A stretch of DNA of 64,000 bases, taken from NCBI RefSeq assembly GCF_002113885.1, contig NW_018404771.1:763531-827530 (forward strand), given 5' to 3'. Below, one piece after another: positions 25,761 through 39,460 of this stretch. This DNA is from Mizuhopecten yessoensis. Its lineage: Eukaryota. The first letter of the stretch is position 1, and every line of letters starts with the position of its first letter. Made by a program: the position numbers and the translations under genes. The notes beneath the pieces are model-generated. The model saw only the letters and a program-made list of their open reading frames with translations, did no database searches and was not told the DNA's origin.

Positions 25761-27342
25761 TATTTTAAATAGAGAAACGAATTTTTACAGCAGTGTCCTC
25801 AGATGAATGTTTACAGAGATAGGAGGCTGAATTACTCTTTTTTCTTTGCTTTTCCCCATACGATTTTGATATCGATACTATATCATCGTGGTGATGACCT
25901 GTAATACATGAAGTAGCACCTGTTTACTCCCGTTCACTTAGTTGTATTTGCGTTTCGTGATTAGATCCAAGCTATTATCGATATAAAGGAGACGAAAACA
26001 TTATATAAAAGTACTATTAGAAAAGAAAACGGCAACCATAGATTCACGGCTCATATCCTGTATAAAACTAAGAGCACTTTTCATGCAAAATTCTCATTTG
26101 ATCTGACTTGTCTTATCGAACATACGATCTACAAAGACTCGTATTGAAGTGATAGAGTTGCGCATGAATTTCGTGATGTTTGCCATTTTTGCGGAGATAT
26201 AAAAAACACGTTAAGTATCTTCCTTTTTAGAAAAGAGTGAAAGCTCTTTGTTTTCTCGCCTGAATAACGAGTCACTTCCCTTAGCCATTCTACAATCTCG
26301 TTTGTTCTCTTGCTAATAGTCAAGTCTCTGGGTACAAATAACCTATCGATTCACTTGAAGTTAGCTTTGATGGTAAATAATTATTTACGTTAGTACGTAT
26401 TACAAGCGTCTCCTGACGGTCAGACGCCGGCAGTCTTCAGATCGTCTCTGCGTCGCGTAACTAGGGGGTGCCCAAACCGGAAGTTAATAAAGATGGCGAA
26501 CGCCCGTCCCAGACAAACATCCATCGCGATCTGTGCGGGATTTGTATAACCGTCAGTTTGGGTTACAAGAGAGACGAAATGTTGACACGAACTCAACCCA
26601 TTTGTCTTTGTTCTTGTCACCGAAGTCACGTCCGCGTCTGAGGACACTGCGCGCGCGCGCGAGGCTAGTTATATTTATCCTTTGTATTAATCAATGAACG
26701 GGACACGCCAGGTGAATGGTGACGAACCGATTTCTTGGCGGATGTTTCGAAATATCACTAGGCAATCTGGTTTTTTTCTTTCAGTTATCAACACAAATAA
26801 TTACGCATGTTATTTTCCCATCCATTCTGACTGACATAACTTAAACGATAATCTATAAACAAATACAATCAAGATAACAGTCAAAAGAATGCCTCACATT
26901 AAACAATGCACATGTACATGTATGGCAATCAAATATGATCAAAGTTGAATAGACTGTAGTATGGCAGTTAAACAAAACGAATGATTCCAAGGCAGTTGAT
27001 ATACATTTAAACACATTTTTATTCCCGAAAAAATAAAATAAAACAAACAATGGACCCGGATGCCTGTCCATAATATCCGGAGCGTGCTTCCTGTATCGTG
27101 TATGGTGCATACATAAGACTATCAATATAATTTTTCCAGTTGTCATATTCCGCTTTGTCGTGATTGCTTGATGAGGATATTATTAATGAAGTCCCTCAAC
27201 ACGACATTCAATCAACTGATAATAATTTTATAGTTCTTTGTATACGACACTTGTCGTATTTTTCCAAACATAATTTTTCCTGCTTCACAAAACTGTGCTC
27301 GAGTGCGTCGCCCTCCTGGATACAATTTGCACGCAGTTATTG

Positions 27343-27410
27343 CCCTCCCCCCTCATCCGCCCCACCCCCCTCATCCGCCCCGCCCCCCTCATCCGCCCCA
27401 CCCCTCCCCT
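27343..27410. repeat. Three copies of an 18-bp C-rich repeat containing GC boxes; G-quadruplex potential on the minus strand
   Basis: TCATCCGCCCC at 27353, 27371 and 27389. Each unit contains GGGGCGGA on the minus strand. Confidence 0.85.
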
Positions 27411-28434
27411 ACTCTTAACGTTCCCTTGATAAGATGACCAGAAAATGACGGATGATTAGCTAGCTCAATTAACGTACAAAGCCAGATGTTCACGTCACCC
27501 GACAAGACGAGATCAATCAGCACGTGCGTGTCTCGCGCTCAAGGTCAGTCCGATATGTATGAGACAGTGTCGCATCTAAATTAAGTCCAGCAACGAACAG
27601 CTATGACAAAAGTGACAATTATATTCATGTATATATATATAATAACATAATGGAAATATCATAAATACGACATACCTTTCTTTTTATTTAATGGTTTATT
27701 GATTGACTAGTACTCTTAAGCTAACATTTCTCGCTTTTAGTACCTACTTCGTTTTCATTTTTTTTTTAAATATACTCCCTAGAAAGGCATTTACTGGCAA
27801 TATGTTGTGTTCTTTTGATAAATTAGGTTTTATCACCTCGCCGACGCTCTCGCTTTTCTTTTCGGAAATGATTTATCAAAGCTATAGTCATGCCGACATA
27901 AACAATTTACGAGGAGTAGTTACATATTTTGACTGTGGTTCGGAGATCCTCAATATTAAGATATACTACATGCTTTGAAAGACAAATTAGATTCTTATGA
28001 ATACAATGTTATACGGTGTAACACATTGCGTTGTTATGACGCCTTGTTATTTTTGTCAGTGTCATGTTTGATATCGCTCGAAATTTACCGTTTTCAGTTG
28101 GCTTTCATAGGCAAAATGAATGCCAACTGGAAATGCCAACTTCCACGAAGCATGCTTGCACTTTATTTTGAATTCGGCATTTCCTCTTGGCATACATATT
28201 ATATATACATGCCAACTAAAAAAATAAAAAGTTTAATATTTATATTTACAATTTTGAAATATATTCTAATGTTATATCAAATCTATTTATTTAATAAAAA
28301 ATCAGCATATAGTTCAAGTAAATGCATAATTAACGTGCATGCTTAATAGATCAACCTTCCAATGGAGGGTCAGTGGTATCCATAGTAAAAAATATATGAC
28401 GTCATGAGATTGGCATCTGAGGGTCATCTGGACA

Positions 28435-29139
28435 TAGACCGAATTATTCTGACGTTTTATCGACTTTTTTCATATCGGTCTGTCGTCGATTAACGTCAGA
28501 ACTCCGGCCCTCTTTAATATGCGGGAAATATGCGACCCGCGCCCGGAGCGCACTTCAAACTGTTATTTTAGAAACAAATCGTCACTTTCACACACATGTC
28601 GCACATGGATCGAAAGATCTATTCTTTATGCACTAGGTGGTATCAATAACATCATTCAAAAATCATTACGAAAAGTATTTTCCAACGTTTTCTATACCAA
28701 CCCATGTTTTTAATGGAAATTAGGCCATGAGCAATGTCACTTGACTTGACGAGATCTCGCGTTACCGAAGATATTTCCCAACGTTATGACGTAGCTATAT
28801 ATATAGATCGGCGAGATTTTAGTCACGTGGCATTAGAAGGCGGGGCTATCAAAATACAAGAGTTAAACAGAGTAAGTTTGAAAAAACATGTTTTTAGTGA
28901 TTGTATTGGCTGTTTGAGGCATGTTATGTATGTTCATCTTGTGCATAAAGAATAAATCTTTCGATCCATGTGCAACATGTGTGTGAAAGTGACGATTTGT
29001 TTCTAAAATAACAGTTTGAAGTGCGCTCCGGGCGCGTGTCGCATATTTCCCGCATATTATAGAGGGCCGGAGTTCTGACGTTAATCGACGACAGACCGAT
29101 ATGAAAAACGTCGATAAAACGTCAGAATAATTCGGACTA
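28435..29139. mobile_element. 705-bp non-autonomous foldback DNA transposon (AcademH- or MULE-like)
   Basis: TIRs of ~198 bp with about 6 mismatches by eye, TAG...CTA termini, 9-bp TSD ATCTGGACA (28426-28434) / ATCTGAACA (29140-29148). No transposase ORF. Confidence 0.92.
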
Positions 29140-31479
29140 ATCTGAACATAGCTGGGTTTTATAGTGGCAATGCTATATATAGAGTGGTAAACAGGAAACT
29201 TTGACTTTAGATTTCAATTTATCACTAATAGATATGGGCTTTTTTTCTTTTGTCATGTTGCCACTTTTGAATGCGTGAAAGTGACATTTGACATGCCTTT
29301 TCTCACAAAGCATCGATTTCTGCTTTGAATCAATAGCACAAATGACTTTGATTTTAAAGTGCTATTCAATCAGCATTGCTTCACTGACAAGTCACAAACA
29401 AAACAGCAATTATTACTTAGCCCTTTTATTCAACGACTGATACAGATTAATCGGTATTTGAACCGGAATTTGTGTCAATATAGGTCCTGCTATAGTTGAC
29501 ATACATGTACATATTTATTATGGTACAAGTAATTAATAGATGTATACACTAAGGCCGTTACATACATATGCAAGCATGACTATCGAAAAAGTTTCAGTCT
29601 AAAACATATGTAATTTCATTTGCTCATCAAGTCAAAATTTATATATTTTCCCTACAAGTAGAAAGTATCTTATTCGAATGTGTATATAATGGAATCAGTG
29701 TCATTTTGACGCTTATTCCTTTGTCTCTCAAAACGTTTGACCATCGATTGCAGCAAACATTTATGTGACATTTGGCAGTTCCGGGAATATTGTTAAAGCG
29801 GTTATTAGGGAATATGATGATTGAGATATTTAGGCAATAAACTGCATAGTTGATGCAATCATACAGGTGTAACTGCCACTTATGTCTCATTTACACCAGT
29901 AAAGCAACAGCTATGTAGTAAATTACTTATATTTAAGCTTTAATATAAAATTCATTTAGAATTGATACTTTCCATATAATTTTAAAAATATGTTCCGTTG
30001 TTATCGGCGAGGCCAGTTTAATACTTAGAACCACAACTGAGGAACAACTGCTGACGTCACGCGCTGTTTGCCGCACGTGATCGAAACATAAATCAAAGAT
30101 ACATTTGATTATTTATTTTTTAGTTTCAAGAAGACAAATCATATTTGAAATAAATAAATACATTAAATTAGCGTAGATTAAACTGCTGGGGAACGTTTCA
30201 AAAAACATTTTCGAAGAACTATTTTCCTAGCGCGCAGTCACGCAATCGCAGTAGTAGCGTTCAGGCTATGTATTCATACACAGCAAAACTTTATTAATTA
30301 TACTCTCCTCTCATATAGAACGGTTTTGTCGCACCAAACGATTTTTCTTTTAAAACTTAGACATATACATCAATACTATCCTGATGTACATATCTGTACA
30401 TAAAGACAGTACTTATTATGCGTACTATTGACTATCTAAAAACCGATGTTGTAATACCATATCTAAATTATGAGTTCTATTCAGATATACATAGATGATA
30501 TTTGAAGAAGACATCTCTTAAAATGTATGCTTTCGTCATTAAAAATAATACCCGAGGTGCAAGCTATCTTCATAAGAATATTGCTATTATCTTGTAATTA
30601 TCGATCGCTCCAAAAGCCCTGGTCTTATCCTATTTGCACTCCATCTATATATATCACAGCGCGTTGTTTAAGACTGTCTTGATACATCTTTATTCCATCT
30701 AGCGTCAAGTCCTCTGAGGCAATTTTGAAAATACACAATGTTTTAATGCAAGGATTTAAAACCCAAATAGAAATTCGTCAGCCCGCGATAAGAACCGAAA
30801 GGACACGTTAATGCAATAATCAGGTATATCTGGGTGTTTGTTCCCAGTGAAACTATTGGACATGCGTAATTTACTGTGAATTTAGCGAGATATAGAACGT
30901 GAGAGATTCTAAGTAATGCTGACACGTGCCTAACGTAATGCGCGTGTTTTATACTGGGTGTATCAACGCGATTAGAACAGTAAAGATGGGATCACGCGCG
31001 GTGCTTACGACGTCGGATTTTCCAAACGGATTTCAATTTGTTTGTTCGGCTATAGGATTTAAACGATCAGCATCACTCATAACACTTTGTGGGAACCGTT
31101 ACATTAGCCGTATAGCGGATATCATCTTATTTGATACTGAGTCAATATTTACGAAACTAATCACAAAATTAAGTAAGATTTACCTTCCAGTGATGTAACA
31201 AGTGAAACCTAAAATTTCCGTATAATGACTTTGAGATTTTGAGTTTACGGCGTCAATTTAGTTAATGCCAGTCCCTCTATATAAACACATACAGACATAC
31301 ATGTATGGTTTGACATTTGAAGAAAAGTTTCATTCATAAAGGAAATCGTGTCATTTTGTCATTGACTTTGACTTGAAAACAGGATTCGATTTTTGAAATA
31401 TGATTAGCTGTAGGAAGATTAACTGGAAGTTTTTTTTGTTTTGGTGAAAAGTACAGATGTGACAGCCGTATTCTGAAGC

Positions 31480-31730
31480 AAAGAAACAAATAAATAGACA
31501 AAAATACGTCAAACAAGTAAGCATTTATAAAACAAACATATAAAAAGACGAACAAATAAACAAAAAATAAATAAACAACAAGGAGAAAGGCAAACAACAA
31601 AAGAAACCATCGAATAAAAATAAATTAACAAATAGATAAAAATAAAAATAAAAACCAAACAAACAAACGACCATACAAAAACAAACAAATAAATACCAAC
31701 AGCCAATCAAACAAAAACAAAAATTCATTT
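31480..31730. repeat. A-rich low-complexity tract, decayed (AAAC)n/(AAAT)n
   Basis: Runs of AAACAAATAAAC. This explains the F/L/V-rich spurious minus-strand ORFs. Confidence 0.8.
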
Positions 31731-33199
31731 ATAAAACCACTTTAATTTTCTAAGCCATTGTAACATCCACTAAGGGGCGGAATGGGTTAATACACATGTT
31801 ACCCGTTCCTCTGACTGCCTGCCGTATTAGAGTGCAATTGGTCGAAATGTCTATATGATGTTTGACAGCTGACTCAACTGATTCGGCACACTGTGGCTTA
31901 GTGAGTTGCTTTTTACGGTTTAAAGTTCAGACACCAGTCATTTGCACTCTTTGTTTGACAAAGGAGACAGACGTTTTCGAAAGCTCGCAAAATAAGCTTT
32001 CAATTTCTTTTTGTGTTCAAAACAAACTTATCCTTTACCACTTCTGTAATTCCAGTCTACCCAGCTGTACACACTGGTAGACATGGCATTCAAAGTATCG
32101 ATATGTGTTTTTTTCTTTCTTTTTTTCCCCTTTTGTATTGATTATCATATATTATGTTGACATGATATTGGGGGTATTATATATGTAGGTCATGACAAAC
32201 TCTCAATCTTTTTCAAATAATCTTTTTAAAGATTCAAATATTCCAGGAAAGACACTCCGACTTTCCGTCTCTTCATATAATATCAACGTTAAATATCAAA
32301 GAATATGACCCTGTCAAATGTAGCTGTTTCTGAGAGCTCTCTGCTGCTTATCTTGGACAGGGCATTAAATGATGAAGAAAACAAATCTGACTGATGTAAC
32401 ATACTGCCCGATCTCAAGATGCGAACAGTCTGTTGCTAATGCAGAATCGTAGAGTGTCGCCTCAATTGTTTGTCTTTGGTTTGCATCTTTAATTTTTCTC
32501 CCTAATCTTTGAGTGGTGTCTTTCTGAACACCTCTTGTTTGTCTATTGTCTTAGTCATATGATCTGACGATGCGCCATATTGTGTGTAATGTCAGTGTGA
32601 TAGCACTAAAAAATGAATAGTCTATGATTAGCTCCATTGCCAGTTGATATAGTCTTCATAATGTGACCTCGGTTGTTACATGTACATAGTTATAAAACTG
32701 TAAATATATGGTAAAGAAGTGTAACTTTTCAGAAACTTTATGTCAAAATCAAGCTGTTCCATATTACATAAACGAGTGATAAAAGATATTACCATTTTGT
32801 TTTGTCTCGTGTACGTAAATACTTACATCATAATGTTTCTGAACAGTCATTTATAAGTGATATCTTGAGTATTACTCCGTGACGCCCGACCCCCCTGGGA
32901 GATGTATATATGCGTCTTGTTCGGTAGAGAAACTGTCAGACGTGATATTGATGCAGCAGAAAAGAGTAGGTTATAAATGGAAACAATAAACGATTTGTCG
33001 AGCTGAACAAAAATAAAACATCTATCACATTTACGGATAATCTACTCAACTTTGAAAAGAAAAGTAAAACAAATTATCTTTGGAATTTTGTATACATGAA
33101 TAACAGCAACCTTTCATTCTTCAAAGCTTTGTGTGTAAATTATTCACAATCAAGGTCGAGTTGATCCCTGAAGCTTATGATGAATATTGAGCGATAAAT

Positions 33200-33310
33200 T
33201 ATGGTACAGATATTCAAGATATTATGTAGCGATACACTTGGATTCAGAGAGATCATTTAAAGACAAGAATACAAATTCAAAAATTTCCGTTTTGATGTTG
33301 TTGTTTTTTT
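33200..33310 (+). mobile_element. Decayed LINE reverse transcriptase fragment (C-terminal RT motif)
   Basis: With one frameshift it translates to VQIFKIL../IHLDSERSFKDKNTNSKISVLMLL, resembling the non-LTR RT motif V..FKYLGV.LDS.LSF..H....KKIS. A downstream IWNALS (~33560) resembles the WN.LP motif. Confidence 0.4.
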
Positions 33311-34260
33311 GAAAATGTGGAAAATAATGGATTTTGTTTTTGCATTTTGTATCAAGGTTTCTTCGGTATTGTTCTAATGGAATTCTTAAAATCCTGGTGT
33401 ATTACTCAGTTAAACTACCCCGGAGGCCAAAGACTTTCAAAGATAACAAAGAACAACGTTATCGTCCTAGATGTAAAAGACTTTTAGCGTAAGATGTGGA
33501 AACCTGGATTTGGCAAAACACGGCTTGCTCATAATAAAACGTTAACAAAACAGACGGTAATTTGGAACGCTCTCTCCGGAGACTTATTATTCGCGAAGCT
33601 GGCATTTAGAACCTCCCAAAGCCAGCCGATAGAGCATTTAAAAGATTCCATCAAAGATTTCACAGTAAAACCAGAAAGACCTTTTCAGGGTTATCTTCAT
33701 CTCAAATCAGCCTGGCGCAGACATCAGGAGGACTAGAATAGTTGGTCTTGACCTTGCTGTTATTCTAATAAACAAATAATTTCAAGGGATTCGGGCCCGA
33801 GAAAAAGTACAAAAACAGGTAAATGTCAGGCGAATATAAATGTTCATTAGGAAATTGAACTAAATGTCGGAAAACATGAATTTATGATCATTAGAACTAT
33901 GATAATTCAGAAGTATTCGTCCCAAACAATAGTAGGGGGAATTGGAGTTGTCTGGATCATAGTTATGTAAGGGGGAAAAAATAATTCTGTCCCCTCCAAA
34001 AACCTATGGACTAAGTTAGAGCATTACATTTTACTCAATAGTTTCCCCTTTAATACATTTTCTGCTCCTCGCCTGAAGACTTGACACAGCGAAAACGTTA
34101 GTACATAAAGCAACATTTCTTTTGTCAATTACTCCATTCTATAACCCCTGCAGACTCTGAGAAAATGAGCCTGCTCTGTTACACCACTAATGTGCCCCCC
34201 CCTCCCCCCCCCCGCGTGAAATGAGTTTTATTTTCTATGTCCTCTGTTTAAAAGAAAGGA

Positions 34261-34369
34261 GGGATCGCGGTGGCCAAGTGGTTAAGGCGACTGACATTCT
34301 GCTATCACTAGCCCTCCACCACTAGGTCGCGGGTCCGATACCTACGTGGGGCTGTCCGCCAGGTACTGA
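34261..34369 (+). mobile_element. 5' half of a V-domain SINE (same family as 243 and 5510), 3'-truncated
   Basis: GGGATCGCGGTGGCCAAGTGGTTAAGGCGACTGACATTCTGCTATCACTAGCCCTCCACCACT...CCAGGTACTGA, followed by an A-run. Confidence 0.88.
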
Positions 34370-35720
34370 TACAAAAAAAACCAGCACCTTCAGACTCGGA
34401 ATTTTTTTATCGTAGGAGGCGACTAAGGTGGGGGTTCTTGTGAAATGAGGTTTTTTTCTTTGTTTTCTGTTGAAAAGAAAAACAGAATTAATTTGCTGTT
34501 CCCATCACAATACTTTGGATCTGTGTCTTCATATTTAGAATCGCTACTTTTGCTTTCCGGCAATGTCTCCCTAGACTCCCGTATTCATATGACCATATTT
34601 ACATTATGCCCTTTCTATTTGCCATTAACTCTACGGAAATTAAGCCTGCAGTTACTGGACAGTAACTGCAGTAGTCTGCATTATCTGGTCACATGACCAT
34701 AGTTTCCTAACGGACGTCATTCTATTATCTGTCACCCATATTGCATTCATATTGGTTGTAACTGCAGTCTGACAGACGTTCAATCCTTCATTACAATGCA
34801 GCTGTTAACGAAGACGTTAAAACCCCTTAAATAGAAACATATATAAATTATTCATTCCTTGAGATTATGTAAATTTTAAACTGCATTCTGTTCAGAAATA
34901 TAATCCTATTATTCTGAACAGGATTTATTATTTCACATTATCTCGTTCTGAATATATGTCTTCAGTCCTGTTTGGATTTATATAATTATAACGCAGAACT
35001 GAATGTGACTGCATACGTATCTTTACAATCCCGATTTATTTTGACATTAAAGATATATAAAGTTCGTATGTTCAATAAATAGAAATACTTACAGCCAATT
35101 ATTGGCCAGCTTTCTCTGGGGTTATTGAAATTTAACGGAAACCACTTATATTTTAAAAATTGCGTATATGTCAATTCCGTTCAACACAATTATATACATT
35201 CTAAAACAATATATATCAGAGACGTACATATAAGAATTTCATATTTTGTTGCGATTTATTCCCGAATCAGCATAACTTCAGCTAAATGTTTGCTAATTAC
35301 GGTGATCTCACGCTATTCTAAGCAGGAGGAGAAGCTTCGCATTACACTGATTCAATTGCCTTCATAACTCTATAAATGCAACTGTTTTTTTTCGAAGTGT
35401 TGATATATATCTGTATAAATGAAAACGAATCCAAGAATGGTGTATGTTATAGGAATATTTGTGAGACAAAAAATGGTAGATTTCCACCAATTTATGGCAG
35501 GTCTTCAACGTCATATTCTTGACTTTATGATTATTTTCTTCAATATGACGTCACCATGCAATGACGTCATGTCTGTTGACTAAGACCTGGCATCACATTG
35601 TATATTAAAGGAGGTTATACAAAAAAAATTACATGGACGTATTCATGACATGTTACAAATAAAGATTGTGAAATGTTTCGAAATTCGAATATAGGAACAC
35701 AAACGCTATGTATAGATGGG

Positions 35721-35910
35721 TATTCCGTCTTTGCGTATTGCATAGTTATCCTTTCTTGGGAGCAGGTATTGATTGTTACGTCACTTGTTTGTGAGAGAAA
35801 CGTCATCAATATTTGAGAAAACGACGTAATTTTCTCACACAGACCAATGACGTAACAATCAATACCTGCTTCCAAGAGAAGATAACACTGCAATACGCAA
35901 AGACGGAATA
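35721..35910. mobile_element. 190-bp palindromic MITE
   Basis: Arms of ~80 bp, TATTCCGTCTTTGCGTATTGCA...AGCAGGTATTGATTGTTACGTCA and TGACGTAACAATCAATACCTGCT...TGCAATACGCAAAGACGGAATA, with a ~30-bp loop and TA ends. Confidence 0.92.
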
Positions 35911-36297
35911 TGATATCTCTGCAAAGTTCGTGATGATACGACTCGACGTGATTAAGCTCTGAAGTTTGACTACAAAGGGAAAAGTTTCAATCATAAAGTG
36001 CATCCCGTTCCATTCAATTAGCAAAAAACCCCATAAATGCCTTTTTTCTAAAATACATGTTTTCACTTCAAGACATGTTTTTGTTTTTTTCCAAATAGCT
36101 TGTTTGCTTACGTCTTTTCCGTTTTTCAGATGTGTTACGTGATTAAGATAAGGATCAATGAGCTATGTATAGACACTCTCTAGATAGTAACAAGCGATCA
36201 CCACAGGAAATGAAAGTTTAAATATAAATAATATTACAAAATGATAAGTTCTAATAAGATTGTATAATATTTCGAAGTCCATGGTTCGAATCCGGTC

Positions 36298-36510
36298 TTA
36301 CCCCGTTGAGCGTTTTTCACTCATTAAGGCTGAAATGGTTTTTAACTTTGACGAGGTCGTAAAATCCCCAAATATATAACCATCTGTTAAAGAAAGACAA
36401 ACTTCAATTTCTGTCAAACATACTATTTCAAATACATACGTTGGTGTATATGAAACCAGTAAAATACGTTTTACAGTCAATGAACTGCAAATTACAACTA
36501 AAGGTAATCC
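36298..36510 (-). mobile_element. Decayed LINE ORF2 APE-type endonuclease N-terminus
   Basis: Translation VVICSSLTVKRI...YVFEIVCLTE...YIFGDF...KRSTG resembles the motif series ICS.NV.GL / FDIVCLTET / RSGG of CR1/L2-group endonucleases. Upstream 36790-37016 (PRLVMLLF...FLPEVLRR) weakly resembles an ORF1 C-terminus. Confidence 0.45.
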
Positions 36511-38924
36511 CCGAAAGTTGTCTTCTGTATATATGCCAATCAACGTTTTGTGTTGTATTGTTTTATCCTAGACACCTTTGCAATGTGATTGATTTTTATC
36601 GTATGTAATGACCAGCTTAAGCCGATAAATTAGAATATTTCAAAGTCAGATAAAAGGATTAAAGGGTAAATAACCGTTCTGTACATAATTATAACATCAG
36701 ACTCCCAACTAACATCGATTGAAGCAATATTTTACCGAATATCTTAGTGACAGTCCAAGGCCAAACTTAGATGGGGCATCAAATACCTCGTAAAATGTCC
36801 TTTTCTCCTTTCCCGAAGTAACACAGCTTATCTTCTGAGAACTTCCGGTAGAAAGTATCGCGCAAACTTTGACCTTCCATCACAGGAAAGCGTTACGTTA
36901 GAAATGTTGATAAACAGTTTGCAGGCAAAACCCGTGACGTTTTTAAAATTCCTTAGATCCTTATCTGCCAGCATTGAACGGGAAAACAATAACATAACAA
37001 GTCTTGGTGTCGACAAATATACTTAATCACGTAAAAACATTAAAATGATTGAATTTTGTGAGCGTTTTCGCAAATATGTTTTTTCGAAATGTCGAAACTA
37101 ACAACATTGCTTTGCTTGTTCCATCACCGGAAGGGCGTGTTGTATGATGCTTAAGTTGACGGGTGAAGTGACAACACCACACTTTGTCTAAAGTATATTT
37201 GTTTCAATTGCTCGCCGAAATCCCCTCAATCCTAGTAACTGATTGCAAATGTCAGCAATCTGATGGGAACTGTAAGGCGCAACGAAACACTGATGGTGGA
37301 GATAAGATAATACCTGTTTAAACTTTGCAGCATAATTTAATTGCACTCCCTTTCGAGATGTTTGAACTCGATCAAAATCGGCTTTAGATACAAACTAAGT
37401 ACTTGTAACTTGAGCGCATGTCAGGCTGGGGTGAGCGGTCTGACACGAGCAATATATACAAATGCGCAAGTAATTGTATGGAATTGAATCAACTCAGACA
37501 ATGACACGCTTAGATTGCACTGCAGTCATGTCAATTTCAGGTCGAAGATTTACATGCTCAAATCAGGTGATCATTGCCAGTTCATTTGTGGCTATTACAT
37601 CAATTGTGTCCTCGTTTGGTTATTATAAGGTTTGTTGAATCCGATTCCGGTTTATTTTTTATTTTTTCAAGATACACCACTTTACATCGAGTTTCAATGG
37701 AAATTTACTGTAAAAGTAAATTGAAAAGTTAGATAAACATGATAACTTTTCACCACTAGTTAAACGATATGTTTCTCCCATCAAGGTCTAAGAATGTATG
37801 AAAACCATTCTTTCTTTCTTTCTTGACCAACACTGGAACAGCAAAGCAAGCAAAGCAATGTTAGTTTGCTGGTACCCATGACGTCGAAACAATAATTGGA
37901 TTAAGCAACATCTCAAAATCATTGCTTGGTTGCTTTTTGAGGGATCAAATGATATATATTTAACACCTTAACTGTTTATCTAATGCAAAAATCGTAAGAA
38001 AAGCCGACAGTATTCATGGAATAACATCGCATTAGGAACATATGTCGTAAAAACCCTAAATTTCATTAAACGAATAAGTCAAATCAGATTGATACTGTAT
38101 GGAATAAAACAAAATCCTAAGTTGGATTTATTAAGAAATAGGAAAAAAAGGACACACAGAATTAAGATTTATGTGTTTTTTTCCGGATCAGTTTGGAAGT
38201 TAAAATTTTCGGAATGGTTAGGCTCTGCTATTTGTACGTTAGGGACTGGGAAATATGATGTACCGCATGCCAGTAGAGTTCTAAGGCGTACAACAAACAG
38301 TACGGGAGCCGGCTTCTAACAAGTTTACGCTATTCGGGTCACAGTAACATGCTAAAGAGTATGTTTATTATCTTACACTTATAACGCACTTCAGCTGACT
38401 CTCGCACGTGCCTACAAGTAAACTGTTTTCTATAAATAACAACAATACGCGTGCAAAGTGTGATAAATATTGCACTTCGATGGTATGACAAAGCGATAGA
38501 ATAGACGGCGTGTTCCATTCATCATTATTACGTTAGGCTTTCCAATCAGTGTACGGCGACCTGTATCGCTCAGGCACGTGCAATACCTGCTTAAGATACG
38601 TACATGTTGGGCGATACCTAATGCACGGATTCTTCGTTTTGCGAAAGGGCACATTCGATATCTACAATTTCCCGTCCACCCAATTTCTCTATCTTTAAAC
38701 ATCAAATGTAACGGTTTGCAGGTGAAACTTCGATTTTTTTGTAGGAGTGTTGTTGTTTTGCAGGAGTATCCTCAGTATATATGTATTTTTGTCTAATTTT
38801 GAAGGTATGCCCTTGCATTTGTACCCTCAGCTAGTTGCATGTTTTCTCCAGTGGGTATCATTTGCCCCTTATACTACCATGACTGTTGAAAAGGATATAA
38901 CCTTTGGCGATACTACATAAAGAT

Positions 38925-39460
38925 AACAACTACAAAACAAGGTTCTATATATAAACAACTACAAAACAAGGTTTTACTTATAAACAACTACAAAACAAGT
39001 TTTTATTCATAAACAAATACAAAACAAGGTTTTACTTATAAACAACTACAAAAAAAGGGTTTTACTTATAAACAAATACAAAAAAAGGTTTTACTTATAA
39101 ACAACTACAAAACAAGGTTCTACTTATAAACAACTACAAAACAAGGTTTTACTTATAAACAAATACAAAACAAGGTTTTACTTATAAACAAATACAAAAC
39201 AAGGTTCTACTTATAAACAACTAAAAAACAAGGTTCTACTTATAAACAACTACAAAACAAGGTTCTACTTATATAAAACTACAAAACAAGGTTATACTTA
39301 TAAACAACTATAAAACAAGGTTCTACTTATATAAAACTACAAAACAAGGTACTTCTTATATAAAACTACAAAACAAGGTTCTTCTAATAAAACAACTACA
39401 AAACAATGTTTCACTAATAAGCTAACACATCAAGGTTCTAATAACAAAGCAACTGCAAAA
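38925..39460. repeat. 29-bp minisatellite (~18 good copies, degenerate tail to ~39950)
   Basis: Unit AACAACTACAAAACAAGGTTTTACTTATA. TACTTATAAA at 39121 and 39150 gives period 29. Confidence 0.95.

Noticed and set aside
27975-28346. Longest ORF (123 aa) and other short ORFs in the track
   Set aside because: Non-ATG starts, AT-biased composition, and no recognisable domains or consistent exon structure.
32380-32560. Possible LINE C-terminal remnant on the minus strand (KIKDANQRQTI...HLEIGQY); similar hints at 51744-51900 and 57971-58243
   Set aside because: Similarity is too weak to call without a TBLASTN or HMM search.
33494-33736. ORF starting MWKPGFGKTRLA (Walker-A-like)
   Set aside because: It lacks the first Gly, the preceding beta strand and any Walker B. 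The region is better explained as decayed LINE sequence or chance.
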